Source: Octopus bimaculoides (taxonomy: Eukaryota). Taken from it: a DNA stretch of 39,614 nt. Location of the stretch: assembly GCF_001194135.2 (NCBI RefSeq), contig NC_068994.1, positions 45,869,250 to 45,908,863 of the forward strand, written 5' to 3'. Position numbers and translations under genes: made by a program. A model generated the notes under the pieces. It saw only the letters and a list, made by a program, of their open reading frames with translations, did not search any database and was not told the origin of the DNA. This document shows positions 1 to 11,494 of the stretch, piece by piece; position 1 is the first letter of the stretch; each line of letters starts with the position of its first letter.

Positions 1-157
1 GGATGCCGGGGTGGGAACCCACGCAGCCATCTCTTCAGTTATCTGGCCATTGAAAATTCCTGTGAAAAATGACCGTTGAACAAAGGGAAATTACTGTGGT
101 TGACCGTTATTAAGACAAAAGAGCTATAGATCGCTAAGTAAGGGGAGGGAGTAAAGG

Positions 158-872
158 TAAGGGAGTAGAAAAGTCTATAGTGTTCGCGTAAGCGCACCTA
201 TCCGTACATTCGCTTACACGAACACTATGTACTTTTCTACTCTGTTTTCTTTTTCCTTTTTCCTTTAGCACACTTAATATTTTATCGGTTGTTGGATTAT
301 AGCATGCCTCAGCAAAAACTTTGTTCGCTGAATGTATAAACATGAGCCATAAATTCTAGTCAGATTCACTATTCTGAAGAGACATAGAGATGCCGAAACA
401 CGGGTTCCCAAAGTCCTGAATCGTATGTGTTATGAACATAAATTCGTCTTACTTTACGCATATTACTATTAAGAAACTAAACTCGACTGTTTTATATTTT
501 CATCTGTTTTCACATAGATAGTTTCAAATAAATATGTATATCCATGCAACTGTTGAAAACTCATTTCCTTATTTTCCAATTCCATAGCAATATAACTCGG
601 TATCATCTCAACTCTTATTCTTACAATTTGCTCCTAATTGATAATGTCGGATGATAGTGTTCATTCTATTATTATTATTATTATTATTATTGTTCAGTAG
701 TTTTATTTTTATAACGTGCTTTCACTTCACTACCGAGCGCAGCTCTGTGCGCCTTGGGTATGTGCTAAAAGAAAAAGGAAAAAGAAAACAGAGTAGAAAA
801 GTATATAGTGTTCGTGTAAGCGAATGTACGGATAGGTGCGCTTACGCGAACACTATAGACTTTTCTACTCCC

Positions 873-875
<3 letters not shown>
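158..875. mobile_element. Element bounded by 115-bp inverted repeats (158-272 and 761-875); each arm contains a 32-bp hairpin; MITE/fold-back or Penelope-related
   Basis: Reverse complement of 761-875 matches 158-272 with 2 mismatches, and both outer ends are TA. Within the left arm, 163-194 pairs with 211-242 (3 mismatches, 16-nt loop). The right end runs into (TTA)n. Confidence 0.75.
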
Positions 876-951
<76 letters not shown>

Positions 952-953
952 CA
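874..953. repeat. (TTA)n microsatellite
   Basis: Direct reading; explains the poly-L/poly-I ORFs 651-992 and 836-1108. Confidence 0.95.
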
Positions 954-1499
954 TTATTGTTTGCTCCTTTTCGAAGTCTAAGTTCCAGCTAAACAATCTA
1001 GAGCTATTTTTTTTTTTTTTATATTTTATAATCTACTCTGTTATACACTTCAGAGTTTTATCTTTACGCTGTTTAAGCTTCAAGTCCTCCCAATTCTTTT
1101 ACAGTTAATTATTTATTATTTAGATTTTACCGGGTTTCATTCCAAATATCGGTCTTTATTTATACATTTATTTATATATTCCAATTCCTTTGTCACCGAT
1201 ATTTTATCGCGCCCCCGTCAACAAACACTTTAAATTCTGCGCCTTTTAAAATAGAACACTATTTTTTCCACATCCTTTTCATTCTTTCTCTCCTTCTTTC
1301 TTTCTTTCTTTCTTTCTTTTTCTCTCTTCTGTAAAGTACTTATCCATTTACACATTTTCATTGTCATATAAAAAATCTCTTTAACTTACTCAAAAAGACG
1401 CAGGCACAAACACAGACATATACTGCGCGCTCACACACATAGATTTATATANNNNNNNNNNNNNNNNNNNNNATATAATATAGTCGCCATGATTGATCG

Positions 1500-1655
1500 C
1501 TAAATCCACGAATCTTTTCTTCTCTCTTTCTTTATTTACTCGTGTTCCTTTCTGTTGAAGAGCGTAGGCTCGAAACGTAAACTTTCCCCAGCGTCAAACT
1601 AATACACCTGCTTGTTGTTTATACACTTGTCTTCGTCTTTTGTTTTTCTGTAAAT
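1500..1655 (+). repeat. Dispersed repeat with a TTGAAGAGCGTAGGCTCGAAACGT core; second copy at about 23955-24095 on the minus strand
   Basis: CCTTTCTGTTGAAGAGCG..G.TCGAAACGT...AGCGTCAAACT...CACTTGTCTT.GTCTTTTGTTTT is shared with the reverse complement of 23955-24095. Confidence 0.7.
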
Positions 1656-2367
1656 GCAAAGGGCATGTCTACTAAATATTAAATATTCACATTATAACAA
1701 CTAACAAATAATTTGAATGCATAATTTCAGATTTAAATAAATTTTAATGATTATAAGGGTGTCTATTTACTTCTTTCATGTCTTTGTATATTTATATATG
1801 AAAGTCTATGAGGATTACTTAAAACAGTTTTGAAGTGTGAAGGTGACTTTTTTTCTTTAAAAAAATACTACGTTTCAAAAATATGTTATGAAATCTTTTA
1901 TCAGGATGTTACTAACAGTGTTTGGGAAGAAGCTTTTTTCTAGTGTGTGAGCACTTTCGTTTAATCAAACCCAAGGAGTCATATCTATTTACTTGTATTA
2001 TTTTCTATATATCCGCTCACTTGGATTCCTCTTATAACCACTCGTTAACCCACTGACTTGGGGACCCGGTAAAGATTTCGACATGTAAGTTCAAATTTTT
2101 TTAACGCAGCTGAGTGTTTCCTATATAGAGATTCTCTTGACATCCGTATACGCTACACACATAAAAAATGTCCGAGTATATCCTTATATACATTTATCAT
2201 ATCCTTCACTCACTTCACTTCCCCCTCCCTAGTCGTGCAAAGCAGTTCGTCATTTCTCTGCCTCAAATATCATTGTATTTCATATCTCCATCCATCCTCT
2301 CTAGAACTGTTTAGGCTGGAACAAACTAGATATATCAATTGCTCAGATACTGAAACCGCTCCAGTTT

Positions 2368-2403
<36 letters not shown>

Positions 2404-2624
2404 TCCTCATATCTTTTCTTTTTCCTTTCTTTCTAGTTGTGTGTTGGTGGTGTGTCACCAGATATTTGAGAAATGAATCTGGTTCCAGAAAGTTTCCATC
2501 GAGACCTCAATTTCATCGAATGTGCTTCTAGCTATATTTTACTGTCTAAAATTTCACTCGGCAAACAGCCAGACATAATTATAGATCATACTTGTCGTTG
2601 TGGTCGACGTTATTGTTGTTGATC

Positions 2625-2720
2625 TTCTTCTTCTTCTTCTTCTTCTTCTTCTTCTTCTTCTTCTTCTTCTTCTTCTTCTTCTTCTTCTTCTTCTTCTTCT
2701 TCTTCTTCTTCTTCTTCTTC
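2625..2720. repeat. (CTT)n microsatellite running into an assembly gap (2721-3439)
   Basis: Direct reading. Confidence 0.95.
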
Positions 2721-3719
2721 NNNNNNNNNNNNNNNNNNNNNNNNNNNNNNNNNNNNNNNNNNNNNNNNNNNNNNNNNNNNNNNNNNNNNNNNNNNNNNNN
2801 NNNNNNNNNNNNNNNNNNNNNNNNNNNNNNNNNNNNNNNNNNNNNNNNNNNNNNNNNNNNNNNNNNNNNNNNNNNNNNNNNNNNNNNNNNNNNNNNNNNN
2901 NNNNNNNNNNNNNNNNNNNNNNNNNNNNNNNNNNNNNNNNNNNNNNNNNNNNNNNNNNNNNNNNNNNNNNNNNNNNNNNNNNNNNNNNNNNNNNNNNNNN
3001 NNNNNNNNNNNNNNNNNNNNNNNNNNNNNNNNNNNNNNNNNNNNNNNNNNNNNNNNNNNNNNNNNNNNNNNNNNNNNNNNNNNNNNNNNNNNNNNNNNNN
3101 NNNNNNNNNNNNNNNNNNNNNNNNNNNNNNNNNNNNNNNNNNNNNNNNNNNNNNNNNNNNNNNNNNNNNNNNNNNNNNNNNNNNNNNNNNNNNNNNNNNN
3201 NNNNNNNNNNNNNNNNNNNNNNNNNNNNNNNNNNNNNNNNNNNNNNNNNNNNNNNNNNNNNNNNNNNNNNNNNNNNNNNNNNNNNNNNNNNNNNNNNNNN
3301 NNNNNNNNNNNNNNNNNNNNNNNNNNNNNNNNNNNNNNNNNNNNNNNNNNNNNNNNNNNNNNNNNNNNNNNNNNNNNNNNNNNNNNNNNNNNNNNNNNNN
3401 NNNNNNNNNNNNNNNNNNNNNNNNNNNNNNNNNNNNNNNTGTGTGTGTGTGTGTGTCTACGAGTGTGTGTGTGTGTGTGTGTCTACTTGTTTATTTTCCA
3501 TGTATATCCATGGCGAGGACTTTCCTCCTTTTGTTGTTGTTAATGATGATGATTATGATGATGATGACGGCGGCGGCGGCGACGAGCTTTGATGTCGGTA
3601 ATGGTGATTATGATGATGATTATGATGATAATGATGATGGTGATGATGGTGATCATCATCATGATTATCATGATGATAATGATGATGACGACTACGATGA
3701 CAATAACAACGACGATGGC

Positions 3720-3750
<31 letters not shown>

Positions 3751-4644
3751 GGATGATAAGAATGACGATGATGGGGATGATGGTGATGGGGAGGAGGAGG
3801 AGGAGTATGATGAGGATGATCACAATGATGCCGATGATGATGGCATGTTGATTATTAATTCCTATATATGGCATTTTGATATTCACTGTTTTGTGGTTCG
3901 ATATAAATGATTTTGTTCGTTGTTTTTCTATTTTCTGTGGTGTAAATTCTTCGTGTTACATTTACAAGGAAAGTCATGAAGACAAGAGAAATGCAGAGGT
4001 GGAAGGAAACACAGTAATACATAAATAATTAATTTTATGGGAATTATACATACCATGCAGACGTACTAAAACGCGTCTAAATACTGACATGTCTTCTATG
4101 ATTATATATATTTGTATGCACACGCACACACATTCATCTAAATATGTGTCTATGAAGACAGACGAATATAGTATGTTTATACATGCATATAAGTATACAT
4201 GTATGTGTATATTGATGCGCATGTGTTTGTATACATGCATGTCTCATGTGTGCATTGATGTAAGAGTATTTTTGATACTCTTGTTAATAATGATGAGTAA
4301 ACGTGCGCATTTAATCGCATTCGTGAGTCGTATATGATGACGTTATATACATAAACACACACATGCAACGGCACGAAGTTTGTATGTGTATTGAGATTTC
4401 AACTGTAAGTGGGTGTGTGTGTGTGTGTGTGTGTGTGTGTAGCTATGCGTGACAATGTATGAGAGTGTGTATGTATGTATGTCTGAGTATGCTTGAATGT
4501 GAGTGCGAGTGTACATATGTGCATACACACGTGTATATTCACGTCTACAAATATACATTCTTGTCTCTCAATCTGAATCTTTATCTAATTATCACATCAA
4601 TACAGACCATGCCCGTATGCATATATATATACATATATATACAT

Positions 4645-4708
<64 letters not shown>

Positions 4709-4780
4709 GAAAATATAAATATTATTAAAATAATATTAATATTCAACAAGAATAAAGCACCATATTGGTAGAATTGTAAA

Positions 4781-5178
4781 TATGTAGGAGTGGCTGTGTG
4801 GTAAGTAGCTTGCTTACCAACCACGTGGTCCCGGGTTCAGTCCCACTGCGTGGCATCTTGGGCAACTGTCTCCTACTATAGCCTCGGGCCGACCAAAGCC
4901 TTGTGAGTGGATTTGGTAGACAGAAACTGAAAGAAGCCCGTCGTATATATGTATATATATGTATGTGTTTGTGTGTCTTTGCTTGTCCCCCCAACATCGC
5001 TTAACAACAGATGCTGGTGTGTTTATGTCCCCGTAACATAGGGGTTCGGCAAAAGAGACCGATAGAATATGTACTAGGCTTCTAAAAAATAAGTCCTGGG
5101 GTCGATTTGCTCGACTAAAGGCGGTGCTCCAGCATGGCCACAGTCAAATGACTGAAACAAGTAAAAGAGTAAAAGAGT
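4781..5178 (+). mobile_element. tRNA-derived SINE (Octopus-type), near full length
   Basis: A-box-like TGGCTGTGTGGTAAG, B-box-like GGGTTCAGTCCC, internal TA/TG-rich tract, 3' GGCGGTGCTCCAGCATGGCCACAGTC and (GTAAAAGA)n tail. Confidence 0.85.
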
Positions 5179-5679
5179 ATATCTAAAGAAGATGTACACG
5201 AAATACGATCATTGCTAAAAATAGCAGCCGGTAAGTTTACGGTCCTATGTACAACTTCACTGAATATAATATTTACAGGCAGAGATGTGTGCAGGCGGTG
5301 AATATAGGAAAATTCTGTCTTACCTCTACGGAGACCGCTAGAGGAATAAAGGATAACCCAATACTGCAGTTTTAACCTCTTCAGATCACGTGCTTGAGCG
5401 CGAATCTGATTAGTTATCGTCAGTTGAGTCTATCATGAACGACTAAATTTTAAAATATCCGCTACATCTCTGCCTGTTTAGTCAAAGTATGTATGTTAAA
5501 GATGGCAAGGAGTAACCTTTCTTGAATTTTCGAGGATGCATATAAGTTTATGATAGGATTCTATGGTGTTCATTCATTTGTTATTTTGTTGGGTCTCGAA
5601 GCTATGGGCCTTACCTGTCATACATATGAGAATTCGACAGCTTTTTGTCGCGAGAAATAGATATTTAGAAACCGCACGG

Positions 5680-5935
5680 CCTAGTGGTTAAGGAGTGTTA
5701 CACTCAAGATCGTAGGGTCGTGGTTTCGATCCCTGAACCGGATGTGCATTGTGTTCTTATGCAAACACTGCATCTCACGCTGTTTTTGTCCACTCAGCTG
5801 TAAGTAAGTTCCAGTAATTGCTGGGCAGATAACGCTGTGATGGACCAGCATACAGTTCAGGGTTTGGGGTTATAATCTCCCTCCCTTATACGTCACGAGA
5901 ATCGGGTCAAGCTCTAGCCTGATCTGCAAACAGAC
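5680..5935 (+). mobile_element. tRNA-derived SINE with CORE-like domain, degenerate
   Basis: GGCCTAGTGGTTAAGG (A box), GGTTTCGATCCC (B box), GTCCACTCAGCTGTAAGT CORE-like segment. Confidence 0.7.
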
Positions 5936-6784
5936 CTAAACATAAAATAAAATAAGAAATAGATATTTTAGTGCTGCGATATCTTGATATATATAGGGTC
6001 ATACAAAATCATAAACTATTCATTCAAAGTAATTTTGTGATTTGTAAGTGTCCCTCAGAATTTCCACTATTTTGATTCCCTTATTGCTTATTTATTTCTT
6101 TACTTATTTGTTTTTCTAGTGGACGGAACGGATCAAAAGCGTAGTCTAAGTAGAAGACGCTTATTTTCCCTTTGAGCATCTGTCATCTTTAGTTTTTTTT
6201 GTTTGTTTTTTTTTTGTTTCTTTTGTCGGTTAACTCTTCGAGAAATTTCTGAGTAGAACATTTGTTTGGCATTACAGTGGAAGTATGTTCTTTGAAGTTG
6301 TAACGTTTGGTGTGATGCGACTATTATTGTTGTTGATGTTGCTGCTAATTACACTGTGAGATGTTGCTCTTTAATGATTTATGTTGGATACAAACGTTTG
6401 CTGCTTTTGTATTTTCTCAGCCTATTTATTCATTTATTTATTTATGTATTTTTATTACTTCCTTGTTTAATTATTTAGTGCAAAATTTAATTTTGCTTGT
6501 TTGTGGTTTTAGTTCGTTTTGTTTTAGACAGTCTTTGTTTATTTTTAATGTCGTCTATTTTTTTATTCGTAATTAGGGTGGTATTTTTATTTTGTTTTGT
6601 TTCGTATTTTTTTTTTTTTACTAGAGTGCCTATTGTTCTTTTAGTGAATATATATACCGCAGTGTTTATGTATAAGATCGTGGTGTGTTTAAATCTGAAA
6701 AAAAATTCTTTTGATAGAGCATGCTCTGTCGTGTCTCTTTTGAAGTTTGTAGAAGTGTTTGAACTATTTTTCTCTCACGTGTGA

Positions 6785-6935
6785 GTACGTTACCATTATA
6801 ATTAATAGGTGACCCGAGAAAAACTGGAAAATTGCTTACGAAGGTATGTATTTCAAACTCCTTTGATATGTACGTTACGAATATAATTAATAGATGACTT
6901 AAAAAACGTCGAGGAATCGTTTACTAAGGTATATA
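6785..6935. repeat. Imperfect direct dimer, period about 86 bp
   Basis: GTACGTTACcatTATAATTAATAGgTGAC... at about 6785 recurs as GTACGTTACgaaTATAATTAATAGaTGAC... at about 6870, and both continue to TTAC.AAGGTAT.TA. Confidence 0.65.
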
Positions 6936-7144
6936 GGGGGGAAAAAACGATGTCTGGAGCGAGCGATTTTTGAAGCTGGCTTGGTGAAGAATGTACGTAG
7001 GTTAGTATGAGTTGATTAAATTGTAAATGAATTTTAGTTACGACGCTGTTAAGTCACCTCTTTTGTTATTCGCATTATTTGAGATCCAGGAAATGCTAAT
7101 CGCATTGAATTCTTCCCTTACAATGGTGTTTGTGTGTGTGAATA

Positions 7145-7440
7145 CACGTGGCTTAGTGGTTAGGGTATTCAGCTCACGATAGTAGGGTCATGAGTTCAAT
7201 TCCCACTGGCACATTGTGCTCTTGAGCAAGACACTTTATTTCACGTTGCTCCAGTTCATTCAGTTCCCAACAATGAGTCCTACTTTGTAAATCAAAGGGG
7301 CCATCCATGTCGCATTTTGTGTCACGTTGAATTTCCCTGACAACTAAGGTTAAGGGTACACGTGTCTGTGGAGTGCTCAGCCATTTTCACATTAATTTCA
7401 TAATTATATTGGATCAACCGGAATACTGAGGATGACAATG
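7145..7440 (+). mobile_element. tRNA-derived SINE, same family as 28689-29035
   Basis: GTGGCTTAGTGGTTAGGG, GAGTTCAATTCCC, and shared body CACGTGTCTGTGGAGTGCTCAGCCA...TTGGATCAAC.GGAA. Confidence 0.8.
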
Positions 7441-7539
7441 GGTGTGGAGGTGCTGGTGGTGGCGGCGGCAGTAGTAGCAGCAGTAAAGGTCATGATGATG
7501 ATGATGATGAAGATGATGATGATGAAGATGATGATGAAG

Positions 7540-7665
7540 ATAAGTTGATTACATCGATCCCCAATACTTAACTGGTACGTATTTTACCAATCCTGATAAG
7601 ATGAAAGGCAAAGTCGAGCTCGGCTGAATATGAACGTAAAGACAGACAAAATGTTGTTAAACATT
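7540..7665 (-). mobile_element. tRNA-derived SINE, TAAGGCGGCGAGCTGGCAG family, partial
   Basis: GATTACATCGATCCCC...AACTGGTAC...GATGAAAGGCAAAGTCGA matches the 10222-10432 copy. Confidence 0.7.
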
Positions 7666-7824
7666 CTGCAACATGTGCTCACAATTCTGTCAGCACGCCA
7701 CCTACACATCAAATATAATATTACTGTATTTTGGCGTTTTGTGGTTCGATGTGATGTATTTAAAGATATTGCAATCTTTAGTTGTTGTTGCCATGTTGTT
7801 GTTCTTGTTGTTGCTGTTGTTGTT

Positions 7825-7836
7825 CTTCTTCTTCAA

Positions 7837-7888
<52 letters not shown>

Positions 7889-7960
7889 TTCTTCTTCTTC
7901 TTCTTCTTCTTCTTCTTCTTCTTCTTCTTCTTCTTCTTCTTCTCCTCCTTCTTCTTCTTC
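7825..7960. repeat. Compound (CAT)n-(CTT)n microsatellite
   Basis: Direct reading; source of five spurious homopolymer ORFs. Confidence 0.95.
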
Positions 7961-7984
7961 CATTTCTTCGTGTTTAAACTCAAG

Positions 7985-8073
7985 TTGAGAATTACATCTC
8001 ATCTTGAGAATTACATCTCATCTTGAGAATTACATCTCATCTTGAGAATTACATCTCATCTTGAGAATTACAT
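7985..8073. repeat. Perfect 19-bp tandem repeat TTGAGAATTACATCTCATC x4.7
   Basis: Units at 7985, 8004, 8023 and 8042, plus a partial unit at 8061-8073; no spacers. Confidence 0.95.
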
Positions 8074-8789
8074 TAAGGTTACACTTGTCTGTAGAATGGT
8101 CAACTAGTTACAACTTTAATTTTACGGGCAAGAACTCTGCTAGTCAAAGAGGTTGAAATGCTCATTGCTGTGTCCACCGAAAACATCACCACATTTGTCT
8201 TAACGTATATATTTTTATGAAAATAAAGCATTATTTTAAAAAATGGTTTAACAACTATTTCCAGCAAACCGATACACCACAGAGAATTATCATTCCTATT
8301 TATGTGTCTGGAAAATTGTCTACTCATTTGGTAATTGACATTGGCATAAATTCGCTGGAAGCTATAACACACATCGGTTAACGTCCTTTGATCAAAGAAC
8401 TAAACATAATACATATGTTAACGAATACAGCACTACTTGTAGCTACACTCACCCAAATCAGATACGACCCGTATAACGTGCCACCCACGGAGATTCAGAT
8501 AAATATATTTTCTAGAGTTTTTTTCTTTTTTTATCATGATTTCTCTATCTTTACCTTTTAACAAATTCATTGTGTGCCATTTCATATTTTTTATTTCGTA
8601 TTTTTTTATATTTTTTTAATTTTTGTGTAGTTCAGCATTTTGGTTGCTTGTTGCGAAGCCATCATGAACAATATATATGTATATATATACACATACACAC
8701 ACAAATATATACATTTACATATGTATCATATTACATAAAAAGGCGGTTTTATTTTATTAGTTGTATCCACATAAATGTAAATGCATTAT

Positions 8790-8943
8790 ATATATATATA
8801 TATATACATGTTTATATGTGATATATATATATATACACCCACACGCATACATCCAAGCATATATATATATATATATATATACATGTTTATATGTGATATA
8901 TATATATATACACCCACACGCATACATCCAAGCATATATATAT
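8790..8943. repeat. Tandem duplication of a roughly 70-bp TA-rich unit next to a gap
   Basis: CATGTTTATATGTGA(TA)nCACCCACACGCATACATCCAAGCA occurs twice; could be an assembly artefact. Confidence 0.8.
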
Positions 8944-10221
8944 NNNNNNNNNNNNNNNNNNNNNNNNNNNNNNNNNNNNNNNNNNNNNNNNNNNNNNNNN
9001 NNNNNNNNNNNNNNNNNNNNNNNNNNNNNNNNNNNNNNNNNNNNNNNNNNNNNNNNNNNNNNNNNNNNNNNNNNNNNNNNNNNNNNNNNNNNNNNNNNNN
9101 NNNNNNNNNNNNNNNNNNNNNNNNNNNNNNNNNNNNNNNNNNNNNNNNNNNNNNNNNNNNNNNNNNNNNNNNNNNNNNNNNNNNNNNNNNNNNNNNNNNN
9201 NNNNNNNNNNNNNNNNNNNNNNNNNNNNNNNNNNNNNNNNNNNNNNNNNNNNNNNNNNNNNNNNNNNNNNNNNNNNNNNNNNNNNNNNNNNNNNNNNNNN
9301 NNNNNNNNNNNNNNNNNNNNNNNNNNNNNNNNNNNNNNNNNNNNNNNNNNNNNNNNNNNNNNNNNNNNNNNNNNNNNNNNNNNNNNNNNNNNNNNNNNNN
9401 NNNNNNNNNNNNNNNNNNNNNNNNNNNNNNNNNNNNNNNNNNNNNNNNNNNNNNNNNNNNNNNNNNNNNNNNNNNNNNNNNNNNNNNNNNNNNNNNNNNN
9501 NNNNNNNNNNNNNNNNNNNNNNNNNNNNNNNNNNNNNNNNNNNNNNNNNNNNNNNNNNNNNNNNNNNNNNNNNNNNNTATATATATATATATATATACAT
9601 ACAGTATATTTACATATACCCTGACAAACACACGTGTGTGCACACTTATATAGGACGGAACATAAAGGATATGACAATGTAAAAAAGCATATAACGCAGT
9701 AATATCACTTACAATATAACAGAATGCAATAAAAATAAGCATTGATCGCTTCTCACCATTAGCTAAGCCCACCCAGAAATAATTATCCGATACGATATAA
9801 AATTTTACAATAATACATTGGTATAGCTCACCACTTCACAATAAAGCCAGCGATACAGAAAATCCATAAGTTTATATGCATAATGGTGAGTTTATTATGT
9901 ATTAAAGAATGAAAATAATAAAAGGAATGATTTGCGGGAAAATTGTGTATAATGGTATAATAGAATGGTGTGAATGGTACACATTGGTATGGAATGGTTA
10001 TAAGGAACAGGAATTTTATTGGAAATACAAAAAGGAAAACAGTCAGAGAAAATCGAAAAATATAAAAAAGAGAAATGAAATAGAAGGAAGGTGAACAGGA
10101 AAGGAAAAATAGAAAACATATAAAACATAATATTAATAATAATAGTAACAGAATTTTTTAAAAATTAATATGAATGATGATCATGGTGGTGCTGATTAAG
10201 ATAATAATAATAATACTTTCT

Positions 10222-10432
10222 AGTATAGGCACAAGGCCTGAAATTTGGTGCGAGGGGTTAAGTCGTTTACATCGACCCCAATACTCCACTGAGACTTAAT
10301 TTATCGACCCCAAAAAAGATGAAGGGCAAAGTCGACTTCGGCGGAATTTGAACTCAGAAAAGTAAAGTCGGACGAAATGGTGCTAAGCATTTTTGCCCGG
10401 CGAGCTTAACGATTCTGCCAGCTCGCCGCCTT
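10222..10432 (-). mobile_element. tRNA-derived SINE, full length (reference copy of the 11-member family)
   Basis: Minus strand reads TAAGGCGGCGAGCTGGCAGAATCGTTAAG (A box)...GAGTTCAAATTCCGCC (B box)...GGGGTCGATAAATTAAGT...AAATTTCAGGCCTTGTGCCTATACTAGAAAG, then (ATT)n. Confidence 0.9.
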
Positions 10433-10456
10433 AATAATAATAATAGTAATAATAAC

Positions 10457-10539
<83 letters not shown>

Positions 10540-10880
10540 AAGGAGAAGTAATAATAGCAGTATAAAGATTTATTGAAATTCTCTCAAAGCAATTATGAAT
10601 TTGAAAGATAACATTTTCATATTATATTCATAATTTTAATAGGTTTTTTTTGTGCTTTATCATTATTTATATATTTCTTCCTATATTTTTTACATTAGAA
10701 TTTTTTTTGTGATATATTCTTACGTGAATTTTTTTTTCAATGGGTGTTTATTTAATTTAGCTATTTTTATGAGAATACGCAAGGTCTTTTAGATTTCTTT
10801 AAAAAACGTATGCGAAAGATTTCCAAAAGAATAAGAATAAAATATAGGAATAATAACGTCTCAAAAAATTATTTACATTC

Positions 10881-10931
<51 letters not shown>

Positions 10932-11269
10932 TATAATATTATAGTATTGTATATGAACTTTTGCATGTTCGTGTGCACGTGTGTTTATATGCATACGTAC
11001 ATACAAACATATATATAATATATACATAGTCATTTATTGTTTATTATTTGTGCGTGGGTGTCTATATATATCGAGAGATAGATATATATAAAATGTAGGT
11101 AGGGAGACCTCCAGTCTGTGTCCTCTTGAAGTACATGTGCTTATTCTACTATTACAATCCAGTATGTAGTTGTGGTATTGATGTGAGATACACATTAGAG
11201 TTGAAAATTCTGGAAATATTGTTTTCGGAGTAATATAACAATACCGGAAATTTCAATATTTTTGAGTAC

Positions 11270-11494
11270 TATTTATTCACTATTACACATGTTTCATTTG
11301 CGAATGGGAATCACAAAATTGTACATGCAGGATAAACATGTAAGAAATTTCCTATTGGAAGTTCTTCAGAAAGAAAGAAAATAATACGCTATGTAAGAAG
11401 AATTTCTAATAAGAATTTTCTTGCATATTGATTTAACATATATAACTTTCTGATATATATTAGCAAATGAAACATGTGTAATGGTGAATAAATA
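11270..11494. mobile_element. 225-bp fold-back/MITE-like palindrome with TA ends
   Basis: 11272-11305 and 11459-11492 are inverted with 2 mismatches; an inner inverted pair 11342-11366 / 11398-11422 has 4 mismatches. Confidence 0.7.

Noticed and set aside
3969-4013. Possible 45-nt plus-strand exon ESHEDKRNAEVEGNT (contains KR)
   Set aside because: Splice sites are only moderate and there is no partner exon or homology; such micro-exons arise by chance.
4781-4860. tRNA genes at SINE heads (also 5680, 7145, 28689)
   Set aside because: A/B boxes are present but I could not build a complete cloverleaf, and each continues into a SINE body.
7985-8073. CRISPR-like array
   Set aside because: The repeats are contiguous with no unique spacers, there are no cas genes, and the context is eukaryotic.
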